A stretch of DNA of 64,000 nt from Octopus sinensis (GCF_006345805.1 NC_043002.1:98828001-98892000), one strand, 5' to 3'. Numbered from the stretch's first letter, positions 13,896-27,735 are shown. Numbers and translations are program-made. Notes: generated by a model not told the origin, from the letters alone.

Positions 13896-14841
13896 TAATT
13901 ATGTTTTTCCATAGCTTTCAGAGAAAAGAAGGCATTAAAAAAGTTTTTTTTGCCACAAATAACTTTGATATGGTTTAAGTTACATTGATACAGAAATTTT
14001 ATGTGGAAAAAATGGTTGGAGGGTGGGGATATTTCATGAATCTCGATTTTGCTTGCTCACCTACAATTTTGTTGAAAAGATAAATCGCTTTTGACACCCA
14101 GGTAACCCCTTCTAGTTCTAGCATATTAAGCGACCTTGCTAGAGATGGACCATGTTTGAGATGGTTTGAATAAGATAGATTACAATCGAATAACCAAAAA
14201 AGTATGCTATTCATTCAGTAATAAGTGCAAGCATTGTAATCCTCTTTAGGCAACCTTTATAATTTCAGAGAATAAACAGACGTTAAAATGCTATGCAATA
14301 AATTGAAATGCTGCTAGTTGTAGTTGAAGCATGTAGATAAACTACTGAAAATAATAGACTTTCCAAAATCGCATTTTGAGAAAAATATAATAAAACTATT
14401 TCGTTTTTGGATTTGTAAATAACGGACAGAGTCAAAATAACGAACAGTGTAAATAACGGACAGAGTCAAAACTATTGAAAAGGTTGCAACACGCAACGAA
14501 AATTTTAGAAAATAAAAATAAGAAATAAGTGGAAATTTTACCGTTGAGTGTATTAAATATTAAAGCACAAAAAGAAAATGACTCTCCCCAGACACAACAG
14601 GATATTAAAACTAGAATTTATAAAAATTTTCTGGTCAGTCTAGCGTGTAATAGTTGCTTTCTTTTTGTAAAATTTATATAACTCCAATTAATTAATCTCG
14701 TTTACTCTTTTACTGGTTTCAGACATTTGACTGTGACCATGCTGGAGCACCGCTTTTTAGTCGAGCAAATCGACCCTAGGACTTATTCTTTGTTAGCCTA
14801 GTACTTATTCTATTAGTTATGGAGCTGTGAAGATTCAAGAG

Positions 14842-15560
14842 TGAAGGCACGTGACTAAGTGGTTAGGGTATTCGGCTCCACGATCATCAAGTCGTGAGTT
14901 CAACTCCCGGTGAGGCGTTGTGTCCTTGAGAAAGACAATTTATTTCCGGTTGCTCCAGTCCTCTCAGTTGGCAAAAATGAGTAGTACCTGTATTTCAAAG
15001 GTCCAGGCTTGTCACATTTTGTGTCACGTTGAATCTCCCTGAGAACTACGTTAAGGTTACACGTGTCCGTGAAGTGCTCAGTGACATGCACATTAATTTC
15101 ATGAGCGGAGGCGCAATGCCCCAGTGGTTAGGGCAGCGGACTCGCGGTCGTAGGATCGCGGTTTCGATTCCCAGACCGGGCGTTGTGAGTGTTTATTGAG
15201 CGAAAACACCTAAAGCTCCACGAGGCTCCGGCAGGGATGGTGGTGACCCCTGCTGTACTCTTTCACCACAACTTTCTCTCACTCTTACTTCCTGTTTCTG
15301 TTGTACCTGTATTTCAAAGGGCCGGCCTTGTCACTCTCTGTGTCACGCTGAATATCCCCGAGAACTACATTAAGGGTACACGTGTCTGTGGAGTGCTCAG
15401 ACACTTACACGTTAATTTCACGAGCAGGCTGTTCCGTTGATTCGGATCAACAGGAACCCTCATCGTCGTAACCGACGGAGTGCTTTCAATTTCATGAGCA
15501 GGCTGTTCCGTTGATCAGATCAACAGGAACCCTCGTTGTCTTAAGCGACCGTGTGCCAAG
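14842..15560 (+). mobile_element. chimeric SINE (D head and core, A tail) interrupted by a SINE A insertion
   Basis: D core TTGCTCCAGTCC.CTCAG.TGGCAAAAATGAGT runs into the A tail GTACCTGTATTTCAAAG. The tail resumes at 15488 after the nested copy. Confidence 0.8.
15107..15487 (+). mobile_element. SINE family A nested in the older SINE, 12-bp TSD
   Basis: TSD AATTTCATGAGC at 15095-15106 and 15488-15499. Confidence 0.93.
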
Positions 15561-16329
15561 ATTCAAGTTTACCAATTCTTCTTACATCTCCCCACAAAAA
15601 GAAACACAAAAAAAACTATTATCCACTTGCAAGATTCAAATATTCTCTACCACATTCTCACTCCAATGTTCCTATTTATTTGATGACTTAAATTCATCCC
15701 TCTTCATTTAATACCCCCACCGCCGATTTTGATATTTCATTGGGAAGGTCTCTGCATTCTTTTACCGTTTTTGATTTTGTCACGTTTCTTTTGCACAAAA
15801 CATTAATCTCTCGTCTCCAATTTTGCGAGCTCTTCCATTTTGTCTATTAATTTTACCTATTTGTTTTTGTGACAAGTAGCAAATCTTTTGTTATGCTTTC
15901 TCTTAAAAGCCTCTCTCGTTAAAAAAAAACAACAACAAAGAATATTAAAAACAATAAAAATGATTCTACTTTAGACTGCCAAATAACATTATTCTCACAA
16001 ACCTCAGAAACACATTTTATGTTTGTATTAATGAAAGCCATCTCGCATCACCATCTCGCATGAAAGTGCTTCTTCAGAAGCCAACGAAAAAGCCCCTTCA
16101 CGTTTGTTCGACTTTCTAGATATATCAACCAAACCACCTCTCAACTCATTCTTGCTTTATCCTTTCTGTTTTTACAAAGGGTAAATTACATAGTGTAATG
16201 GTGGAAGCTTTGTAGTGTAATATCAAAAAGGCGGGGTGGTCACGCAGGAAGGTCTCCGATTATAGGCCCGGTTAAAACTGATCCGGAGCTAATCAAACAT
16301 GATGAGGATGATGGATGATGATAATGATA

Positions 16330-16378
<49 letters not shown>

Positions 16379-16766
16379 GTGGAGGCGGAATGGCCCAGTG
16401 GTTAGGGCAGCGGACTCGCGGTCATAGGATCGCGGTTTCGATTCCCAGACCGGGCGTTGTGAGTGTTTATTGAGCGAAAACACCTAAAGCTCCACGAGGC
16501 TCCGGCAGGGGATGGTGGTGATCCCTGCTGTACTCTTTCACCACAACTTTCTCTCACTCTTACTTCCTGTTTCTGTTGTGCCTGTATTTCAAAGGGCCGG
16601 CCTTGTCACACTCTGTGTCACGCTGAATAGCCCCGAGAATTACGTTAAGTGTGCACGTGTCTGTGGAGTGCTCAGCCACTTACACGTTAATTTCACGAGC
16701 AGGCTGTTCCGTTGATTCGGATCAACCCCGGAACCCTCATCGTCGTAACCGACGGAGTGCTTCCAT

Positions 16767-16768
<2 letters not shown>
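16379..16768 (+). mobile_element. SINE family A inserted in a (CTA)n tract
   Basis: Near-identical to 11013, 15107 and 32074; CTA repeats on both sides. Confidence 0.93.
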
Positions 16769-16811
<43 letters not shown>

Positions 16812-17229
16812 GCTTCGTCTTCGGTTTTGAAAACAAAATGGTTGTCCTTTCTTTACTCCAAGAAGTCATCGGTAGCTCAATAAAGATATTCCATTATACA
16901 TTATTAAGCGAACACGCTGTTAATAAAGAAGTCAGCTTCTAGCAAAGTTTGAATGCTCGATCGGGATTCAATTTCCGGTCGAAAAACATTTTATTTTATT
17001 TTACTTAACGTACAACTCATAGAACTGACAACAAAAAAAGAATCACACACCCACACACGCACACATAAATGTAAATAGAAGGTGAGGGCATGATCTTCAC
17101 GGCACAGCGCATTATTATATTATTAAACTTGACAACTTTGGGGGACAAGTCAAAAGGAATTGATATTTGTACTGTAACGCTATCTCAGTAATGTTTATAA
17201 TATTCTCGACCTTAAAGGATCATAATTAT

Positions 17230-17311
17230 TAAATAAAACTGAGCCCTAATACTTCTACTACTACTACTACTACCACTACTACCACTACTACCACTACTAC
17301 CACTACTACTA

Positions 17312-17348
<37 letters not shown>

Positions 17349-17401
17349 CACTACTACTACTACCACTACTACCACTACTACCACTACTACCACTACTACT
17401 A

Positions 17402-17438
<37 letters not shown>

Positions 17439-17463
17439 CACTACTACCACTACTACTACTACA

Positions 17464-17516
<53 letters not shown>

Positions 17517-17673
17517 GACCACTACCACTACGTCAACAGCGACAACAACGATTATTACTCCTAATGCTACTAGTAAGTGGTGGTAGTGCTGCTGCTACTA
17601 CCACTGCTACCATTACTACTGCTACTAATACTAACACGAAAACCACTACCACCACCACCACCACCATCATCTT

Positions 17674-17743
<70 letters not shown>

Positions 17744-17898
17744 ACTACTACTACTACTACTGCTGCTGCTGCTGTTGCTAACAACACCACCGTCACCATC
17801 AATTTTACTATTAATACCAAAACCACCACGACTGCAACCTCTACCATCACCACCACGGCCACGACTACGTCCACGACTACGTCCACCTCTACCACCAA

Positions 17899-17936
<38 letters not shown>

Positions 17937-17961
17937 GTACTACTAGTACTACTACTACTAG

Positions 17962-17995
<34 letters not shown>

Positions 17996-18002
17996 ACTAC
18001 TA

Positions 18003-18037
<35 letters not shown>

Positions 18038-18208
18038 AACGACACCACCGTCACCATCACTGTTACTATTAATATCAAAACCACCACCACTGCGAACTCT
18101 ACCATCACCACCACGGCCACGACTACATCCACTTCTTCAACCACCACTCTACTTCCCATCACTCTACCACCAACAACCAACCCCATCACCACCACCACCA
18201 CATATTCT

Positions 18209-18244
<36 letters not shown>

Positions 18245-18434
18245 TACTGCTGCTGCTGGCTGCTGCTGCTGCTGCTGCTACTACTACTACTACTACTGCT
18301 GCTGCTGCTGTTGCTAAACAACACCACCGTCACCATCAATTTTACTATTAATACCAAAACCACCACGACTGCAACCTCTACCATCACCACCACGGCCACG
18401 ACTACGTCCACGACTACGTCCACCTCTACCACCA

Positions 18435-18471
<37 letters not shown>

Positions 18472-18496
18472 GTACTACTAGTACTACTACTACTAG

Positions 18497-18527
<31 letters not shown>

Positions 18528-18531
18528 ACTA

Positions 18532-18566
<35 letters not shown>

Positions 18567-18725
18567 AACGACACCACCGTCACCATCACTGTTACTATTA
18601 ATATCAAAACCACCACCACTGCAACCTCTACCATCATCACCACGGCCACGACTACATCCACTTCTTCAACCACCACTACTTTCCCCTCTACCACCAACAC
18701 CACCACCACCATCACCACCACCACC

Positions 18726-18766
<41 letters not shown>

Positions 18767-18795
18767 AACTGCTACTGCTTCTGTTGCTGCTGCTG

Positions 18796-18828
<33 letters not shown>

Positions 18829-18842
18829 TACTACTACTACCA

Positions 18843-18877
<35 letters not shown>

Positions 18878-18890
18878 ACGACTATTATTA
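17230..18890. repeat. compound CTA/CTG/CCA trinucleotide array with a higher-order duplication of about 530-540 bp
   Basis: Block ACAACACCACCGTCACCATCAATTTT at 17781 and 18318; variant block AACGACACCACCGTCACCATCACTG at 18038 and 18567. Confidence 0.9.
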
Positions 18891-19214
18891 ACTGTAGAAG
18901 TAATAAAAATCGAATACTGCAGCCACAACCGGCACAGCCTCATCCAATGACTACACTATTCAGTATAATAACCACCCAAATATTTGGAGTTCTGTAAGTA
19001 CAATGTTAGCTTTCAAGAAACACTATATTGCCAACGATCACGATGACTGCCACCACGTCTGTAATAATAACTATTGCTAGCAGAATTATTGCAACTAATC
19101 GTCTGCTGTTTCGCAAATACTAATATTGATTTCTGCTATTGGAACAAGACGAAACCACTCGAGTCAAGGTACAGTCAGTTAAATCAGAAGCCGTATTTAA
19201 CTGGGACTTCAATT

Positions 19215-19410
19215 TTATCGATTCCAGAAGAATGACATGTACAGCTGGCCTCGGTGGAATTTTGAACTCAGAACATAAAGAGATGTAGCTGGATATTTGA
19301 AGGGATTAGGTCGGATACTTGGACAATTCGAACGGTTCGGCCAAATCGCCGTCTTTTCCATCACAAATTCTGATTTATTTTGCCATTCTTGGGCATCGAG
19401 ACATGCGGAG
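19215..19410 (-). mobile_element. SINE family C, degenerate
   Basis: GGCCTCGGTGGAATTTTGAACTCAGAAC matches the reverse of the C body. Confidence 0.6.
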
Positions 19411-19723
19411 AGTCTTGAACATGTTTTAACCTTGTGGGAGACGGTTTTTTTTTTCCATTTCTGACCACCACCGATTGTTTCCAGAAGAGAGAATAAGAAA
19501 CACACAGTACAAGAAGAAAAGAGTGAGAGACAGAATAATCGATCTTAATATAGGACCGTTACTTTTTTCCTCGATCTCCCAAAGGATTAAATGCAATGTT
19601 GACCTCGACGGGTTTTGAACTAGCATAACACACAAAAGGGTAACGATTGCACATAGCTTGCGTTCCAGCGACTCTGACAATCGGCAGTCTTATATCTTAT
19701 AATCGCTCATATTGTGCCATCGT

Positions 19724-19905
19724 AAGGTAGCGAGGTGGCAGAATAGTTAGCACGACGGCCAAAATGCTTAGCGGCATTTCGTCTGTCTTTCCGTTCTGAG
19801 TTCAAATCCTGCCGAGGTCAAATTTATCGTTCATCCTTTCGGAGTCGATAAAATGAGTACCAGTTGAGCACTGGGGTCGATGTAATCAACTTATTCCTAC
19901 CCTGA
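19724..19905 (+). mobile_element. SINE family C
   Basis: AAGGTAGCGAGGTGGCAGAATAGTTAGC ... CTGAGTTCAAATCC ... GGGGTCGATGTAATC. Confidence 0.8.
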
Positions 19906-19937
19906 AATCCAATATAATATCACAAATACTGCTATCG

Positions 19938-19987
<50 letters not shown>

Positions 19988-20372
19988 TATGAAATTCATT
20001 TTGAGTTAGGTATCCTCACAGTATATTCTGTTTTAATACAGAAACAACATATCTCATTGAATCTCTGTTCCAAACAAGTGATGTAGTAGTTTTTTGTTAC
20101 TGATGAATAAAGATATAGAAGTAGATACCCAATTAACCGCATCTATGCGCATACAAATATACCACATACAGCACACACGTTACTCATACTGCGTATTTGT
20201 ATACAGGCATATATATATATATATATATATTAATATATATATATATATGTATATATAAAGATATGAATATATATGTATATATATATAAATATATATATAT
20301 AACTATATGTATATATATATGATATATATGTATATAAAGAGATGTATTTATATGTATATATAAATATATATA

Positions 20373-21010
20373 CAGGGTGCAGTGAATATATTGTCATCCA
20401 AATGATATAAAAATGGAAATAACACTGACATCCCATTTTAATAGGTATATTAACCGAAATTGCATTAAAAATATCTTGAAATACTAAAGATTAAATTTAT
20501 TCACTAAAATCGCTATTGGCTTCAACCACCGTCTCCAGAAAACTTCGGAATCTTCTGCAACTCTTCCGGATGGTCCCCTCATATACGTTGATGAATACTG
20601 CCATAATCCATGCCTTCTTTGGTGCAGCAAGGTGTTTTGTTACCCCTCGCCCAACTGTCCCCTGTACATATTAATATGGGGAGTTAGGTGTCCAGATGTT
20701 AGGAGTGATGTGGTTGCAGAAATTGTCTGACAGTCATAACTGTGTTCTTCTGCTTGTGAGGCACGGTGCAGTGTCCTGTTGCCAGACATGATGTACAGCA
20801 GTACTACCTCCAGTCACTTGATGTAGGCCTCCGTGTTGAACCTGAGGCCGTGTGGGAGCATAAATGGAGTCATAATGTCGCCATTACTAGAGATCTCTCC
20901 CAACACCATAATGTTGAGTGGATGTGTGATTTTTATCACAGTACATTTCCTCAGATTGCGTTGTTTCTCAGATTCACATTGAAACACTGAAATATTTGTA
21001 TTCTAGGTTC
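20373..21010 (-). mobile_element. maT/DD37D-like transposon, 3' fragment
   Basis: Minus strand encodes HPLNIMVLG, PHGLRFNTEAYIK, QQDTAPCLTSRRTQ and NHITPNIWTPNSP across frameshifts. It ends in TA-CAGGGTG, like the TIR of 39641-40903. Confidence 0.8.
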
Positions 21011-21299
21011 CAGCGTGAATGCCAAGCAGTAAAGCATGTTTCCAAATTTCTGGCTGAGTGAATTGTGTCATAGTGCTGATTTTTTCAGAGACGGTGCCCA
21101 ACTGACACTACCATTAGTGTGTAGTCGATAAAATCAAAAGCAAAGCATATGCGCGGAAATAGAAATATAAAATATATATATATGTATGTATACAAATATA
21201 CATATATATATATATTAATATATTATATATATATATATATATATAATATATATTATTATATATATATATATATATATATACATATGTACATGTATGTAT

Positions 21300-22190
21300 G
21301 ACATCCCGGTCTGGCGCGAATTCCGCTCTACTGGTAATTTTTTACAACACCTGTCTGTGTTCGTATTGTCCTTGCACAGGGGCCATCCGGACTCCCGTCT
21401 TCGCCATGAACAGTGATTAATCTTCTCTCTTCGCTAATTTGTGCTCGATGTATTCAATTCTCCTCCCATCTTCAATTAACTCTTCTCTCTCCTCTCTTCT
21501 TCTTACACCTACTTCCTCCCACCAACCTCTCCTCTTGTACTCTGACACCTACTTCACCTCTTCACGCCTACCCACTTTCTCCCTTCCACCCGCTCCCTTC
21601 ATCATCACCTCTCCCTTGTTATCTGATCCCTTCACATTCCAACCCACCTTCCCTATACATCCCATCCTCCCATGCCTTACACCCCACCCTTGCTTCCCCA
21701 CACACCCACACCACACCACACACCACCACAGCACCATACCCCACCACACCACATCACACCACCCCGCGCACAATAGCACTGACCAGTTCCCAGCACCCAC
21801 ACCAGCGCACACTTGCACTGACCACTTCCCAGCACCCACACTATCATCCACACACCTACACATGCACACACGCACACGTGAAGTTCACCAACCCTCTTCC
21901 ACACGCGCATATACGCTCTCTCACACACACGCCTGCGCACGACTTTATTATCCCCCCTCCTTCGTAGCTCTCCTGTGTGACACCCCTGTCCGGCATTCGT
22001 CATGATAGATCTCTAGACACTAACCTCTTATATTTTCTCTCCCTATTTATTTCTGTGTTTCTTTCTGTCGAAGAGCGCAGGGTCGAAATGTAAAGGACTT
22101 TCTCCCTTTTACGAGCATTAAATTAATACATCTGTTTGTTGTTTATACACCCGTCTTCGTCTTTTGTTTTTTTTTGTAAATTCTCACAAT
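21300..22190 (+). mobile_element. Penelope-like element 3' end (ORF C-terminus, low-complexity spacer, hammerhead-like motif)
   Basis: 21367-21480 reads LSLHRGHPDSRLRHEQ*LIFSLR*FVLDVFNSPPIFN*, resembling the C-terminus of PLE GIY-YIG proteins. A hammerhead-like motif follows at 22060-22097. Confidence 0.55.
22060..22097 (+). ncRNA. hammerhead-like motif with atypical core CUGUCGAA
   Basis: TCTTT-CTGTCGAA-GAGC(gcag)GGTC-GAAA-TG-TA-AAGGA: stem I 5 bp with one wobble, stem II with one mismatch, minimal stem III. Confidence 0.4.
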
Positions 22191-22237
22191 GTATATATGC
22201 ATATATATATATATATATATATTTATTATATAGAAGG

Positions 22238-22288
22238 AGCTTCTACAGGACTAGAACTGTTTCATTCAAGAGAAATCTTCAGGAAGCT
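22238..22288 (-). ncRNA. type I hammerhead ribozyme motif
   Basis: Minus strand: AGCTTC-CTGAAGA-TTTC(tctt)GAAT-GAA-ACAG(ttctagtc)CTGT-A-GAAGCT. Stem I 6 bp, stem III 4 bp, GUA cleavage triplet, U-U at the first stem II pair. Confidence 0.75.
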
Positions 22289-22461
22289 AGTTAACAAGAA
22301 TTGTATTGGCATTTATACATTTAGGCAGGTTTAAAGGGGTGTTGGTGGGGGACTTTTTGGGGGTAGGCATAGCGCAAAAAATCATACTTGGGGGAGTGGT
22401 CAAGGAGTCAGTGTTAAATTAGATAGGAGAATAAAAAAAAAAAAAATAAAAAATAAAAAAT

Positions 22462-22498
<37 letters not shown>

Positions 22499-22649
22499 AA
22501 ATAAAAAAAAAAAAATAAAAAATTATATAAAAAAATAAAAAAATAAAAAATAAAAATAAAAAAATAAAAAATTATATATATATATTATAAATATATATAT
22601 AAAGGGGGGAATAGAGTTTTAGGTAAATAAGGAGATTCTCACTTATACC

Positions 22650-23445
22650 TCTACACATACACAAATATATACACTCACACATACATATACATATCTACAC
22701 ATACACATATATATGTATACATACACACACTCACTTGCATACACGTATACACACATGTATATATACACACCGACCACACATACATATACACACAGAAAAA
22801 AATATATAATATACACGTACACACACATACTCACATACACGCATACCACACAAATCCATACACACACATGCACACACAGCACACTAGTCCTATATACACA
22901 TATATACACATACACACATATATATACCACCCACACAACACATACATACACATATATATAATACATACACATACATATATATATACATACACATATAATA
23001 TATATATATACACATATATATACATATGTGTACCCATGCATACCTACACATACACACATATATATATATATACATATACAAATACAGACCCATTCCCTAA
23101 TTTTAATTTTATTATCTTCGTTTATTACTTTGTTATCTTTGGCGCTTGGTCACAAACATCTTGGCTATGACAGCCAGACCATTTATCCGTCTACTGAAAA
23201 ACAATTACTCATTCACTCACGCACACTCATTAGCACGTACACTCACTCATTCGTACACTCATACGCATACACGCACGCACGCGTTATATTCCTACATACG
23301 TACATCTACATACATTCACGTATATACACATACGTACGCGTACCTACAGATTCATGTCTACACTCTTAGAAGGCTAGTCTATACATATACACCAATAAAT
23401 ATAAATACACACACATACATGTACACCTACATACAAATACATACA

Positions 23446-23483
<38 letters not shown>

Positions 23484-24665
23484 TACGCGTACCTACAGAT
23501 TCATGTACACTCTTAGAAGGCTAGTATATACATATACCAATAAATATAAATACACACAAATACATGTACACCTACATACAAATACATACATGTACTTATA
23601 TACATACATACACATATATATATTATATAGATATATATATATATAAAATAGATATATATAGATATATACACACATACATACATATACATATATATACATA
23701 TATATATTCATATAACATGCATACTCAAAAAATAAGTAATAGTAAATATATATACACGCAGTTATTCTACATGCATACTCAAAAAATAATAATATTAAGT
23801 ATATGTACGTGCAGTTACCTATTATATAGACGGATAACAGACATATATAACTACAAACACAGATATAATTATATATATAATATATATAGATATACATATA
23901 TAAATATATATATACACACATATCTAGATAAATAATATAAATATATACATACACACATACACCTACTATACAACATACCACATAATACATAGATATATAT
24001 ATTATATATATATATCTATATATATAAACACACACACCATATATATACATATATACACACACACATATATAAATATAATATATACATACACACATACACC
24101 TACATATACACATACACACATACATACAATATATATAGATATATATACTATATATATATATATATACACACACCACATACACATACATATAACATACACA
24201 TACATAAATATATATACATACTTACACATGTACATATAAATACACACATAGATAACTCTACGTACCTACACATACATAAACACACGAGCGTACGCGCATA
24301 TGTACATATACATATACCCATGCACACGCATATATATACATACATACATACACATACACACATGTATACACACACACTCACATACACATATATATACATA
24401 CACATATACATACATACATATATATATGTATACATATATACATATATATAGATATATATATATATAATATACACACACATATACACACACACATACACAC
24501 ACATATATATACACATGTGTGCAAACATACATACATTCTCATACAAGCACACACACTTACATTTACATATATACACACACTTACCACATATATATACATA
24601 CACACATACATATTCACATACATATGCATACACACAAAAATATACTATATACATACATACATCTA

Positions 24666-24733
<68 letters not shown>

Positions 24734-24850
24734 GATATATATACACATATATATATTTTTTTACATACATACACGCACACCACAACATAATACATGCGTA
24801 TAATCCTACTATACCATACATTTCTATACATATATACGATACACATCTAC
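22650..24850. repeat. degenerate (CA)/(TA) simple sequence with an internal duplication of about 115 bp
   Basis: ACGCGTACCTACAGATTCATGT...CTTAGAAGGCTAGT occurs at about 23336 and 23486. Confidence 0.9.
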
Positions 24851-25791
24851 AAGCGTGCACATACAATATGTGAAAGGTCTTAGGAGAAAAGGTAATCGGG
24901 GGTGCTAGGGGAACGGTGGGATTGGGGGGGTTTGTGGGTGGGGTGTCATCAATCTGGTTGCCGGGTAGGTCTATAGTTCTTGTAGTTCGCATACTTCATA
25001 TGCATACAATTTGGGGAGTGTTCTGAGATTTTGTTAAGGAGGGCCTTGGCGAACAAGATCCTAGGCTCTCCGATATGCAGAGGTCACAGCAGGTATGGCC
25101 TCCTGTGTATGAGCGCGCCTTCTGTAGTAGTTTCCACTTGGTCTTGAAGGGGATGGATTCCTTTTAAGGTACCAGATGTGGGCGGCGAGGGTAGTTGGTT
25201 GGATTTATCCTGTCGCCGGAACGAGTGTGTGTGTGCGTCCAACGGGTCTTAAAGCTGTTTGACGTCATTTATGTAGGATTTTCTTTTATCGTCAGGGCCT
25301 GATCTTACCTCGCATGTATATACTAGGTCCCTCTGTAGGCAGTTGTTGTGAGGGGGCAGGTAGTTTTATCAGGGCAGTTGCAATTGCTATCGGACGGATG
25401 GGCTCGGAAAAAGTAGGTATGTTAAGTTTTTTCACATTGTGTTGGCTAGGTTCCTGGCTAGATTGGGCGTGGTAGAGTAGGAGAGTCTAATAGTGTTCTT
25501 ATTTAGGATAGTGTAGTACTTATGTTGGGTGGGGAAGTGTTTCTGTAGAGAGTGAAGAAGATTTTAGCTAAGGTGTAGCGACCTCACGGTTGAAGGGGGG
25601 GTTGTACCAGCTAATGTGTCTTCGTCTATTTTTCCTAGGTTGGCGTGGGGCTATACTAGTATAGGTAATCTTATCTTTGAAGCCACTGCGGCCAGGGCCT
25701 CGTTGTAATAGGGGGCTGCGGCCTAAAGATATCTTCCGTGGCGGACAGGCTAGAAATTCTAATTGAGACACTTTTATTTTTTATTTTAATA

Positions 25792-25891
25792 NNNNNNNNN
25801 NNNNNNNNNNNNNNNNNNNNNNNNNNNNNNNNNNNNNNNNNNNNNNNNNNNNNNNNNNNNNNNNNNNNNNNNNNNNNNNNNNNNNNNNNNN
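25792..25891. other. assembly gap (100 N)
   Basis: Run of exactly 100 N. Confidence 1.
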
Positions 25892-26181
25892 TCTAGCGAA
25901 TGTTTTAAAAAAAGATGGGTGAATGTAGCAAGAATGGCACGCATGAATGACGAAGCCACCTTGAGCATAGTCCTATGAACCCAGAAATCGAAAACGAGTT
26001 GCTTATTTGCAAAAAAAAAAAAAAAAAAAAAAAATATAAAATGTGACTTCATTGACCGAGGTTACCGTGGTCTTTTCCGTAGCTTTTCTTTCCACGGGTA
26101 ACCTCACCTGTCCTCCCCTTTACACTTCATATGACATTTCTGTGATAACGATCCCTATTGATCAATTTTTTTTTCCTCTCC

Positions 26182-26221
<40 letters not shown>

Positions 26222-26376
26222 CCCCCTTTTTTTTGTCCTCTTTCTCTCCTTTTACGATCCCTTTTGATCGAAACTCCCCCTTCCTTTTTTTTTTTTTTTT
26301 TAAACCTTCAAAAGAAAAGCTCTACCTTGTAATTTGTTCTATCTGTGTGCAGCCCTGTGTGGCTAATAAAGAAACA
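25892..26376 (+). mobile_element. L1/Tx1-like LINE 3' end (ORF2 C-terminus and 3' UTR)
   Basis: SSECFKKRWVNVARMARMNDEATLSIVL* followed by a T-rich UTR ending GTGTGCAGCCCTGTGTGGCTAATAAAGAAAC, then (TATC)n. Confidence 0.7.
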
Positions 26377-26667
<291 letters not shown>

Positions 26668-27369
26668 ATATGTGTGTGTTTGTATGTGTGTATGTATGTG
26701 TATGTGTTTATCTCTTCCCCACTGCTTAACAACTGGAGTTGGTGCATTTACATTCTCGTAAATTAGCGTTCCAACAACAGACTGGAATAGAATAATTAGC
26801 CGGCTTAAAAACAAACCAAAAAAATACTGAATTCGATTAATTCAGCTAACAATTTTTCAAGGCGGTACCCCAGCATGGCCGCAGTCTAATGACTGAAACA
26901 AATAAAAGATAAAAAAAAAAACATAAACATTGATTTATGAAATTTCCAACTGACATAAAAATGCCTCAGTAGACATGGTGAGAATAGAAGTCAAATATCA
27001 AAACATTGCATAACTTTACTGCTAAACGAATGTATAATTATATATTGATTTATGCTGAAATCAATATATGTAAAGAGCTCTTCGCTGTCTTTCTAACTGC
27101 TTCCTAAAATACCTCTCTACCTACCAACCGGCAGAAATTTATTAATTTACATACTTACCTACATATTTACTTCTGTTATCATCTGCATACCTACGTGCCT
27201 ACATTCTTAAAAGTGTGCGTAGATGTGCATGTGTGTATGTGTGTGTACATACGGTTAAACATACATATATATGTATGCATCAATAGATAAACATGTATAT
27301 ATATAAATGTATGCACACACCTATCTATCTATCTATATATCTGCAAACAAATGTGGTAACATATAACAA

Positions 27370-27735
27370 TATTGACCAAGGTTACCGTGGTCTTTTTCGT
27401 AGGCTTTTCTTCCCACGGATAAACCTTACTTGCTTTCCCCTTTACATCATACATCATGACACTGTGATACACGATCCCTATTGATCGTTTTTTTCCTCTT
27501 CCCCTTTTTTTCCCTCTTTTTTCTTCTTTTTTCATTTTTCTTTTCTTTTGTTCCTTTTCCCTTTTTTCTTTTTTTCTTTTCCCTTTTCCTTTTTTTTACC
27601 CTTTTACGATCCCTTTTGATCGAAAACCTACGCCACCTATTTTTAAAATTTTTTTTCTTTCATCCCCCAAAAGAAAAGCTCTACCTTGTAACTTGTCCCA
27701 TCTGTGTGCAGCCCTGTGTGGCCAATAAAGAAACT
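27370..27735 (+). mobile_element. second copy of the same LINE 3' UTR
   Basis: Colinear with 26050-26376 (ATTGACC..GGTTACCGTGGTC, ACGATCCCTTTTGATCGAAA, AAAAGAAAAGCTCTACCTTGTAA, GCAGCCCTGTGTGGCCAATAAAGAAAC). Confidence 0.8.

Larger units (their letters stand above)
22230..25775 (-). mobile_element. Penelope-like element 3' part: RT-downstream linker and GIY-YIG relic (about 24990-25771), 2.2-kb simple-sequence spacer, terminal hammerhead
   Basis: Frameshifted translation gives RKNRRRHISWYNPPFN, KHFPTQHKYYTILNKNTIRLSYS, CPLHNNCLQRDLVYTCEV, KSYIN, FKTRW and CDLCISE, typical of PLE GIY-YIG regions. The element is cut off by the N gap. That ORF, spacer and hammerhead form one element is inferred from shared strand and order. 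Confidence 0.8.

Noticed and set aside
17564-18472. 302-aa mucin-like Thr/Ala ORF
   Set aside because: It lies wholly in a trinucleotide array, is open in several frames on both strands, and shifts into poly-Y/L.
25786-26052. 88-aa minus-strand ORF
   Set aside because: It spans the N gap and a poly-A run; the meaningful frame is the plus-strand LINE C-terminus.
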